From Candidatus Parcubacteria bacterium (GTDB lineage: Bacteria > Patescibacteriota > Minisyncoccia > Minisyncoccales > JAGMDC01): a stretch of 64,000 bases of DNA. The stretch covers positions 1,394-65,393 of the forward strand of contig JAGLYZ010000003.1 in the NCBI GenBank assembly GCA_023131895.1. The letters run 5' to 3'. The first letter of the stretch is position 1. Every line of letters starts with the position of its first letter. The notes below the pieces were generated by a model. It was not told where the DNA came from. It saw only the letters and a list, made by a program, of their open reading frames with translations, and did not search any database. Below are positions 32,917-40,960 of the stretch, one piece after another. The translations under genes were made by a program, and so were the position numbers.

Positions 32917-33492
32917 TTATTTCCCTATTATTTTCAGGATTTCTTTCACTTTTTCCTCAGTATTTTCTATCTCTTTAGGAATTTTAGATAATGCGTCTTT
33001 TACTGCTGCCTTAGAAAATCCCAAATTAACTAATGCTCCAAAAGCCGGATCTTCTGTCGCTCTTTCTTGTTTCTTGTTTAAAAATTCATCCTCTTTTATC
33101 TTGCCGGAAAGCTCCAAAAGAATTTTTTTGGCTTTTTTTCTGCCAATGCCTAAAATTCCTTCAAATATTGCTCCATTACCTTCTTGAATTGCTCGCTTTA
33201 ATTTATCCAAAGGACCTAATGAAGAAATCTCTAAAGCCGCTTTTGGACCCACTCCGGAAATACCAATTAAAAACTCAAATAATTCGCGCTCTTCCCAGCT
33301 TAAAAAACCATATAAGTCCAAAATATTTTCCCTTACATAGAGAAAAGAGAAAAGCTTGATTAAGTCAACTTCTTTTGATATGCTGTTAAGAGTTTTTTTA
33401 GAAAGAAAAATCCTATAACCAATATTATTGACGTTCAAAATTATAAACTTTTCTTTTTTCAAAATAATTCTCCCTTGGAGGCAGCTAATCAT
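32917..33492 (-). CDS. ruvA: Holliday junction DNA helicase subunit RuvA
   Basis: Start moved to the internal ATG giving MISCLQGRIILKKEKFIILNVNNIGYRIF.... HhH motifs GISGVGPKAALEI / GIGRKKAKKILLEL. Confidence 0.8.
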   Translation of the reverse strand: MISCLQGRIILKKEKFIILNVNNIGYRIFLSKKTLNSISKEVDLIKLFSFLYVRENILDLYGFLSWEERELFEFLIGISGVGPKAALEISSLGPLDKLKRAIQEGNGAIFEGILGIGRKKAKKILLELSGKIKEDEFLNKKQERATEDPAFGALVNLGFSKAAVKDALSKIPKEIENTEEKVKEILKIIGK

Positions 33493-33579
33493 TGTTTTAT
33501 TATAACAGCTATTGATAAAAAATAAAAACATGCTACCATAAAGTAAATTAAAAAGTTTTTAATTTGAGCGATAGCGAAT

Positions 33580-33843
33580 ATGGCTATAACTAAATCAGTA
33601 AAAAAGGCAATACGCCAAAACATTAAACGTAGGAAAAAAAATCTGATTTACAAAAATAAAATAAAAGACCTTATTAAAAAGGCCAGAGCTTTAGTTAAAG
33701 AAAAAAAAGCAAAAGAGGCAAAAGAACTTCTGCCTCAAATATACAAAATCTTAGATAAAGCTGCTAAGAAAGGAGTAATCAAAAAAAATACTGCTTCAAG
33801 AAGAAAATCAAGAATCACTAAAATGATAACTTCTAATTTCTAA
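33580..33843 (+). CDS. rpsT: 30S ribosomal protein S20
   Basis: 87 aa: MAITKSVKKAIRQNIKRRKKNLIYKNKIK... Confidence 0.9.
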   Translation: MAITKSVKKAIRQNIKRRKKNLIYKNKIKDLIKKARALVKEKKAKEAKELLPQIYKILDKAAKKGVIKKNTASRRKSRITKMITSNF

Positions 33844-33859
33844 ATTATGTTTAAGCGAA

Positions 33860-33945
33860 GAAAACCAATTTTTTAAATTGTAGGTGTGGGCGTGCGCCCG
33901 AGCGAAGCGAGGGTAGGGATAAGCAATTTAAAAAATTTGGTTTTC
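33860..33945. terminator. long palindrome between convergent rpsT and holA
   Basis: GAAAACCAATTTTTTAAATTG-(43-nt GC-rich loop)-CAATTTAAAAAATTTGGTTTTC, 21-bp arms with a 1-nt bulge. Confidence 0.55.
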
Positions 33946-33951
33946 GTAGCC

Positions 33952-34881
33952 TTAAATCCCAGCAATCAGCAAATCAATAGCAGTAATGGGTTCTATTTTT
34001 CCAGTTTTAATGTCAAAATCTGCCTTAAAAAGTTTCCGGTAGATTTTTTTTAATTCTTCTAATTTAAATTTCTTCGCTTGAAAAAAACTTTTTCTCGCAA
34101 CATATGGATGAATGCCTGGAATTTTAGGCAAACCATAAAAAGACTGCTTTTCTGGAATAAAGCTCTTTACCGCAAGTATGTTTCTAAATTGGAAAACAAT
34201 CATTGAAAAAAGATATAATGGCGAATCGCCTTTATCTAAATGCTTATGAAGTAAAAAAAGAGCTGTTTTCTTATCTTTTGAAGCAATAGCATCAATTGTT
34301 TTGAAAATGTCGGTCTGAATTTTCGGCTTTACTAAGAGATTAATATCCTCAATTACAACGGCTTCCTTGTTTTTATAATTTATAAGCTTATTTATTTCAT
34401 TTGACATCCGCCATAAATCCTGGCCAACATAATCAACAAGCAATTCTAATGCTTTTGATTCTATTTTTACACTGTTAAATTCTTTTTTTGCCCAGTCTTT
34501 TAATTCTAAACCATCTAATAATTTAAATTCCTGAAAGCGAGCCTCTTTTTTAAGTAGATTAAATAAACTATTATTCTTGTGGATTTCTTTCTCCTCGTAA
34601 AATAAAATAATATCTTTTAATTCTTTAATTTTCTTTATATTTTTAGAAAATTTTTCTTTGAAGTTTTGCTTCGTAAAAGCGTTTTTTAAAACAATCAACT
34701 TTTTTTCTTTCAACATTGGCCTTATTTGAAAATCATTTTCAAAATCCTCAAAATCTTGTTCTTTCATATCCAAAAACTTTAAACTTAATCCGCTCTTGTG
34801 GATTTTTTTGTAATGTTCAATTATCTCTGTCAGCTTTTGGCGCGACCTGTATGTATCTGAACCATAAAGAAAAATAATCAT
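33952..34881 (-). CDS. holA: DNA polymerase III delta subunit
   Basis: 309 aa. N-terminus MIIFLYGSDTYRSRQKL... and length are typical of HolA. Assigned by pattern recognition only. Confidence 0.6.
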   Translation of the reverse strand: MIIFLYGSDTYRSRQKLTEIIEHYKKIHKSGLSLKFLDMKEQDFEDFENDFQIRPMLKEKKLIVLKNAFTKQNFKEKFSKNIKKIKELKDIILFYEEKEIHKNNSLFNLLKKEARFQEFKLLDGLELKDWAKKEFNSVKIESKALELLVDYVGQDLWRMSNEINKLINYKNKEAVVIEDINLLVKPKIQTDIFKTIDAIASKDKKTALFLLHKHLDKGDSPLYLFSMIVFQFRNILAVKSFIPEKQSFYGLPKIPGIHPYVARKSFFQAKKFKLEELKKIYRKLFKADFDIKTGKIEPITAIDLLIAGI

Positions 34882-34938
34882 AAGAGAAATAAAAGTCCTT
34901 TTCAGGACTTTTTTTCTTAACTCTTGAATAGCTCATTT

Positions 34939-35307
34939 CTACTCCAGCACCTTCTTCACCTTCTCAATAATTTCATTAGGGGTGAAATGGGCCTTGATTA
35001 AAAAATCAATTGCTCCTAATTGCAAGCCTTTTTCTATATCTTCCTTTTGCCCTAAATTGGATAAAATAATCACTGGTATTTGGGATAATTCCGAATCCTT
35101 TTTTATCCTTGATAAAACTTCAAAGCCGTCAATACCTGGCAGAATCAAATCAAGCAAAACTAAATCAGGTTTTTCTTCTTTGATTTTTTTCACACCTTCC
35201 TCACCGTCAATCGCCGCCGGCGCTTCATAACCATCGTCAATTAATTTTTTAACGATCAATTCTCTTAAAAATTTATCATCTTCTACAATTAAAATTTTTT
35301 TAGCCAT
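34939..35307 (-). CDS. receiver-only response regulator
   Basis: 122 aa: KILIVEDD...DLVLLDLILPGIDGFEV...ILSN...K. Confidence 0.85.
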   Translation of the reverse strand: MAKKILIVEDDKFLRELIVKKLIDDGYEAPAAIDGEEGVKKIKEEKPDLVLLDLILPGIDGFEVLSRIKKDSELSQIPVIILSNLGQKEDIEKGLQLGAIDFLIKAHFTPNEIIEKVKKVLE

Positions 35308-35333
35308 ATAATTATTATGTGTTATGTGAATTA

Positions 35334-35699
35334 TCAGCCGATTTGTTTTTTTACTTTTTCAACTACTTCCATGGGGTCAAACTCAGTCTTTATAAGCCAA
35401 TCTCTTGCGCCTAATTCTTTTGCCCTGTCTAATTCTACCTCTTGCCCTGAATTAGAAATTATAACTATTGGAATATTCTTTAAATCCTCATCACTGTGCA
35501 TTTCTTCCATAACTTCAAAGCCGTCTTTTTTTGGCATAACAATATCAAGTAAAACAATGTCAGGCATTACCTTTCTCATTATCTCAAGACCTTGCTCACC
35601 ATTAACAGCAATGGAAACATCATACCCTTCTTCAATTAATTTCTTTTGAAGCAAGCTAAGAAGAACTTCTTCATCTTCTATAATTAATATTTTTTTCAT
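35334..35699 (-). CDS. receiver-only response regulator
   Basis: 121 aa: KILIIEDE...DIVLLDIVMPKKDGFEV...IISN...K. Confidence 0.85.
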   Translation of the reverse strand: MKKILIIEDEEVLLSLLQKKLIEEGYDVSIAVNGEQGLEIMRKVMPDIVLLDIVMPKKDGFEVMEEMHSDEDLKNIPIVIISNSGQEVELDRAKELGARDWLIKTEFDPMEVVEKVKKQIG

Positions 35700-35755
35700 A
35701 TTGGTTCTCCCTGTTAAATAATTTTGCCTTCGGTAAAATTGCTGCGAAGCAGCAT

Positions 35756-37207
35756 TTAATAGGGTAAACTAAAACAAAAAGTGGATCCTTGTCCTTCTTT
35801 GGATTGAAACCAAATTCGACCTTTGTGAGCTTCAACAATATTTCTAGCGATATAAAGGCCAAGCCCAGTGCCTTCTGTATTTATTTTCAACACATTAGCT
35901 CCTCTAAAAAACTTGGAGAATACTCTATCTAACTGGTCTTTAGGGATTCCTATGCCCGTATCTTTTACACAAAGCTCTGCTTTCATATTAGCACTTTTTA
36001 AAGAAATTGTCACTTCTCCATTGCAAGGAGTATACTTAAGGGCATTTTCAACAAGATTCTGAATAGCTAATGTTATCTTCTCCTTATCTAATTTAACCTT
36101 AGGAAGTTTCTCGTCTGGTTGCTGAAAAACAAGCTTAATATTCCTCTGTTTCGCCATTTCTCGAAAAGAATCAGCCACTGTTTGGCATATTTCTTGAATA
36201 TCAAAAAGAAAAACCTTAAAAATATATCTTCCCTCTTCAATTCTAGTCACGTTTAAAAGATCATTAATCAAAGTGATCATCCTTTCGTTGCTCTTATATG
36301 TTTTTTCTAAAAATTCTTTTTGCTTTTCAGTAACTGCGCCTAAATCACCGTCCAGCAGCATTCTTAATGTCCACTTAATTGCTGATAAAGGCGTTCTCAA
36401 TTGATGCGCAGAAATGCTTACAAATTCTGTCTTCATGTTCTCAATCATTTTTTCCCGAGTAATATTATGCAAGCTAACCAATCTGCCTGTCCTTTCTCTT
36501 CCACGCATGATAAAAATAGCAGAAACCTCTAAAACCAGATTTTTACGAATAATCAGTTCCTCTCTAAACATCTCTTTCTTTTCTTCTCCTAAAAGATCTA
36601 TTAATTTCCCAAAATCCCCAAACTTATGAATCTCTGAAATATGTTTATTAACAACTTCTTCGCTTTCAACATTTAAAAATTCTTTAGCCTGGGGATTTAT
36701 TAAAGCAAGGCATCTTTCTTTATTAAAAACCAGCAAGCCATCGCTGAAATTATTAATAATATCCAATGTTTTGTTCTTTTCTTCTTCTGTTTTTAATCTT
36801 GCTTCGTTTAAATAAACATTGAAACGTCTCAAACTTTTTATGGTCGCATTAAAGGTCTCTGATAATTCACCAATTTCTGTGCCAGCAAAAACAGGAATCT
36901 TAACATTCAAATTGCCTTTTCTTATTTCTTGGCATGCGAAAATAATTTCTTTTAACGGCTTTAAAAATCTATTTAATATAAAAAGCAATGATATAACAAA
37001 AAATATCAATATGCCAAAAAGCGTTATAATATCGCGAATCCATATCTCTTGAATTGCCTCATCTATTTCTTTCTCTGTAGCTTCTTGAAAAACAATATTA
37101 ATTAATTCAGTTCTGCTTTGGTTTAAAGAAAAAAATATTAATCCAGAACTTATAATCGCAAAAACTAAAATGAATATTAAAACTTTAACGTATATTGAAT
37201 ATTTCAT
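35756..37207 (-). CDS. sensor histidine kinase (TM-HAMP-PAS-HisKA-HATPase)
   Basis: 483 aa with two TM helices, H-box SAHQLRTPL, and DTGIGI / GTGLGL boxes. Confidence 0.85.
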   Translation of the reverse strand: MKYSIYVKVLIFILVFAIISSGLIFFSLNQSRTELINIVFQEATEKEIDEAIQEIWIRDIITLFGILIFFVISLLFILNRFLKPLKEIIFACQEIRKGNLNVKIPVFAGTEIGELSETFNATIKSLRRFNVYLNEARLKTEEEKNKTLDIINNFSDGLLVFNKERCLALINPQAKEFLNVESEEVVNKHISEIHKFGDFGKLIDLLGEEKKEMFREELIIRKNLVLEVSAIFIMRGRERTGRLVSLHNITREKMIENMKTEFVSISAHQLRTPLSAIKWTLRMLLDGDLGAVTEKQKEFLEKTYKSNERMITLINDLLNVTRIEEGRYIFKVFLFDIQEICQTVADSFREMAKQRNIKLVFQQPDEKLPKVKLDKEKITLAIQNLVENALKYTPCNGEVTISLKSANMKAELCVKDTGIGIPKDQLDRVFSKFFRGANVLKINTEGTGLGLYIARNIVEAHKGRIWFQSKEGQGSTFCFSLPY

Positions 37208-37217
37208 TATAAAAAAA

Positions 37218-38105
37218 TTAAGGCAATCTGTTAATTAAAGTATAAAAGCTATATTTTTTCAGAACTTCAACTGCTTTTTCCCTATTATAACCTTTCCATT
37301 CACATTTTGCCAAACTAAATGCCAAAGGCACGTCTGTCCGCGCCTTTGCCAAGTCATAAGAAAGAAATACCTGATCCTTATAATCCAATAATAACTCCTT
37401 GGTATGTATTTTTATATCCCATGCTTCGCCTGCTTCTATTGTCTTATAAAGATTTTCAATGCTGCCATATTCTTGAAGCAGTTCAATTGCTGTTTTCTTG
37501 CCAATGCCAACAGCGCCTGGAATATTATCTGACGGATCGCCGGCTAAGGCTTTAAAGTCAACCACTTGCCTTGGCAAAATGCCAAACCGTTCCTTGATTT
37601 TCTCCTCGTCATAAATAACAGTATCCTTAATCCCTTTTCCCAGAGTATAAACTTTGACATATTGGTTAACGAGCTGAAGAGCATCCAAGTCGCCTGTTAA
37701 AATCATAATTTCAATTTTAGGCTCCGCCAGCTGGAGGAACTGCTTTTCGGCAAGTTTTGCAATAGTGGCAATTAAATCATCTGCTTCAAAATCTTGTTTC
37801 TCAAAAATATGGATTTGAAAACAATTTAAAACTTGCTTTATCTTTGGAATCTGCTCATATAATTCATCCGGTGCTTTAATTCTTTTCGCCTTGTATCCAG
37901 CAAATTTTTTATGCCTAAAACTTGGCGCTGGAAAATCAAAACAGGCAGCAATATAATCTGGTTCTAATTCTTTTAAGACTTTTAAAAGAATAGAAAAATA
38001 TCCGTAAACAGCATTAACCAGTTCGCCTTTCTTTGTTGTCAAAGGAGGCAAGGCATGATATGCCCTGTGTACAAGAGCATTACTGTCAATGATTAATAAT
38101 TTCAT
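37218..38105 (-). CDS. 5'-3' exonuclease (stand-alone Pol I N-terminal/FEN-like domain)
   Basis: 295 aa: MKLLIIDSNALVHRAYHALP...TGDLDALQLV...GDPSDNIPGAVGIGKKTA... Confidence 0.85.
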   Translation of the reverse strand: MKLLIIDSNALVHRAYHALPPLTTKKGELVNAVYGYFSILLKVLKELEPDYIAACFDFPAPSFRHKKFAGYKAKRIKAPDELYEQIPKIKQVLNCFQIHIFEKQDFEADDLIATIAKLAEKQFLQLAEPKIEIMILTGDLDALQLVNQYVKVYTLGKGIKDTVIYDEEKIKERFGILPRQVVDFKALAGDPSDNIPGAVGIGKKTAIELLQEYGSIENLYKTIEAGEAWDIKIHTKELLLDYKDQVFLSYDLAKARTDVPLAFSLAKCEWKGYNREKAVEVLKKYSFYTLINRLP

Positions 38106-38117
38106 AAGTATAGCAGC

Positions 38118-40619
38118 TTATTTCTCTGATTCTTCGTTTTCAAGTTTCTCTGGGGTTTTAAACTTGCCTGATTCTAATTCCTCTATCTTGTCTTGGACAT
38201 CCTGATTGCCTGGATTTAACTGAAGAACCTGTCTGAAACTTTGAAGCGCCTTGTCTGTATCTCTTTTAGAAGCATAAGCCACGCCCAGTGAATAATAAGC
38301 ATTGGAATAATTTGGCATCAAAACAACTGATCCTTCAAAAAAAGTAATGGCTCTGTCTGCTTCATTATTATTGTAATAAAGCCGGCCCATTTGAAACAAG
38401 ATCTCCGCATTTTCCGGAAAACTGGCATAGACCGATTCCATTTTTTTAATCGCTTCTTCTAATTCACCGTCTCTTTCATAAAATAATGCCTCCTGAATTA
38501 GCGCGGTTACATAATCGCCTTTCAATTCTAATGCTTTTGTAAATGCCTCTTTCGCTTTATCTGTCTCTCCTTTGTTTAAATAAAGCTTGCCCAGTTCAAT
38601 ATGAAAAGCTGGATTGGTCGGTTCTAATTCAGATGCTTTTTCAAAAGATGTAATTGCCCAGTTCAAAGCGCCTGCGGCCACGCCTTGAATATTCCTGTAA
38701 ATCATAGCTAAAATCTCCCAGTTTGCTACACGATTCTCTGATATTTCCACTGCGCCTTTTATATACTTGCTTTTTAGCTCCCCGGTTTCTGCGATATAAT
38801 CTATATTTCCGCCCTTGCTAAAGGCAAGGGCATATGAAATATACTTTGTAACTTCAGCTTGCGCTTGCTCCCCGTCTGCCGCGACTCTTAATGCTTGGGC
38901 AATATATGTCCTGGAAAGAACAATCCTGTAATTGGCCTCATAAGGATTCAAATCAACTGCTTTTTCCAATTCTGCGACTCTCTGATCGCTTGTAAGCTGG
39001 GATGACTTTATTGCCTGCGCATAAGCAATATCAGCAGAATAAAACCTGTAAGTAAAAAAGTAAATGCTAAACACTGCAACGACAAACACAATAAAAATAA
39101 TATTAAACACCAAACCCATTTCAGGAAATTTCTGAAGAGAAATAACTTTCTCCCTGACTATGCCCTGCTGTTTTAATTTGCTCTCCGAGAAAGAAGATAA
39201 AACAATTATTAAAAGAGCCAATACCAGCCAAAAAGTAAATCCCAAAACAATGTTTTGATAATAGATAAACTGCGCTAACAAAAGCGCTATAAAAGCAAAA
39301 GCCAAAGGAAAGATATAAGACAAGTCATCAGTAAGTATTGGTTTTTTCTCTTTTTTGGCAATCTGCTGTTCCGCAATCTTCAGTTTTGTCTGCACCAGCA
39401 GCCATAAAACGAGCAAAAGCAGAACTATAATACTGAAATAGGCAAGAATGCCTAATATTCCCATAGTGGCTATTATTTCCAGAATATAGTTGCCAGGCCT
39501 GTCAAACCTTATCTGCCAAAACCTGTTTTGATTAAATTCCAATGGTTTGAACTTGGCAAAATCATAATGAAATGTTCCAATTCCTGTGCCAATAAACGCG
39601 GATTTAACACTGCTGGTAACTGCTCCTTTTGTTATTTCAAACCCTGTTCCAGCATCTAATTTATACTCTTGAATGAAATTCGCCGCGCTCAAAGGCACTT
39701 GCGCGTCTTGATTGTTTACTGGTTTGAAAGGCGAACTTATCAAAAACACCATTGCGATAATAATTATTAAAATAGGCAGAATCAAGCGATTCACATCCTG
39801 TTTAAAAATTCTTTTCCATAAAGCAAAACTGATAAAGGAAACCAGTGTAATTAAAATAATAATCCAGACAGGAGTATAATCAATAATAACTAATAATCCC
39901 AAGACGCTGAATAACAGAACAAATAAAGGAATGCCTTTCAGCTTCTTTGGTATATTCACTATTAGCAAACCTGCTGTCATTACTAAAATCACTGTTAAAA
40001 ACATTGCCGCTCCTTCAATAGAATTGCCTATCGGATTAAATGTTTTCTGAATCATAACTACGGGCAGCTTTACGCCTGCCTGAATTATTTTCTGCCATAT
40101 GCCTAATAAGGAAAAATAGCTCGTCAAAACTACCAAAAAAGAAGAACATAAAAGCGTTCTTATTAAACCGCGTACCGACACTATGTTTGCTTTATTGAAT
40201 TGGTTAACAAGCAGGAAATATAAAAGCCCAAAACAGATGAGAACCATTAAGCCATCGCTGAATTTGCCGTAAAACCCGAATATGCTGGACATTGCGTCAA
40301 CTGAAAAGACGACTGACAAGATAGCGAAAACAATAAAACCTAAAATAGGAATATCCAAAATCGTTCTTTTTATGCGGATTTCCTTGTCAATAAATATCAT
40401 TTTCCCCAGCCATCCGATATAGCCGAGCAAAACCAAAACTAATAATAAATACTGCTTGTTAAACTCAAATGCCTCAAAACTAAAAGGCATAAAGAAAACA
40501 GGCAAAAGAAACACGAGCAGATAAATGCTCCACCTCGTAAGACGAGAAAATATATTTGGCATATACTTTTTATCTTGAAAAACCTTATCAGATAATCTTA
40601 TTGGATAATCCTGTATCAA
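38118..40619 (-). CDS. polytopic O-antigen-ligase-like (Wzy_C-type) membrane protein fused to C-terminal TPR repeats
   Basis: 833 aa with 12 or more TM helices, a ...GTGIGTFHYDF... motif, and about 6 C-terminal TPR units. The TTG start is uncertain. Confidence 0.55.
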   Translation of the reverse strand: MIQDYPIRLSDKVFQDKKYMPNIFSRLTRWSIYLLVFLLPVFFMPFSFEAFEFNKQYLLLVLVLLGYIGWLGKMIFIDKEIRIKRTILDIPILGFIVFAILSVVFSVDAMSSIFGFYGKFSDGLMVLICFGLLYFLLVNQFNKANIVSVRGLIRTLLCSSFLVVLTSYFSLLGIWQKIIQAGVKLPVVMIQKTFNPIGNSIEGAAMFLTVILVMTAGLLIVNIPKKLKGIPLFVLLFSVLGLLVIIDYTPVWIIILITLVSFISFALWKRIFKQDVNRLILPILIIIIAMVFLISSPFKPVNNQDAQVPLSAANFIQEYKLDAGTGFEITKGAVTSSVKSAFIGTGIGTFHYDFAKFKPLEFNQNRFWQIRFDRPGNYILEIIATMGILGILAYFSIIVLLLLVLWLLVQTKLKIAEQQIAKKEKKPILTDDLSYIFPLAFAFIALLLAQFIYYQNIVLGFTFWLVLALLIIVLSSFSESKLKQQGIVREKVISLQKFPEMGLVFNIIFIVFVVAVFSIYFFTYRFYSADIAYAQAIKSSQLTSDQRVAELEKAVDLNPYEANYRIVLSRTYIAQALRVAADGEQAQAEVTKYISYALAFSKGGNIDYIAETGELKSKYIKGAVEISENRVANWEILAMIYRNIQGVAAGALNWAITSFEKASELEPTNPAFHIELGKLYLNKGETDKAKEAFTKALELKGDYVTALIQEALFYERDGELEEAIKKMESVYASFPENAEILFQMGRLYYNNNEADRAITFFEGSVVLMPNYSNAYYSLGVAYASKRDTDKALQSFRQVLQLNPGNQDVQDKIEELESGKFKTPEKLENEESEK

Positions 40620-40960
40620 TTAGTCAAGAATTAATTAATTATATTGAAAAGCGAAGAAAACAGATTTTTCAAATTAGGTTGGCAAGGATTTTGAATTTTC
40701 CGAGACGCGTAGGGCTCCAGCTTCAGCGGGATAAAGCGCGAGGAAAATTATTCATATAATCCATATATTTTCTGAACTTCCAGAGAAGCTGGGAATAACT
40801 CTCGGTCTGTTGGTATTCGGTCTGTTGGTATTTGATACCAACACACTGTACTGTGCTACTTTTTACTCAAAATTGGATTTTATTTTATCTTTTTGGTTGT
40901 AGTTTTGGCTTTTTTAATTTGTGCTTTGGGTTTGCATAGATTAGAAATTAAAAATTTAAG

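Noticed and set aside
35671-35862. 63-aa ORF spanning the HK/receiver junction, and the 66-aa ORF at 6136-6336.
   Set aside because: They overlap the ends of strongly supported genes in another frame and have no independent signals.
40790-40850. Direct repeat TCGGTCTGTTGGTAT x2 followed by the hairpin GTTGGTAT-TTG-ATACCAAC downstream of the giant gene.
   Set aside because: It is probably just the terminator region of the giant gene. It is too short and isolated to support any further claim.
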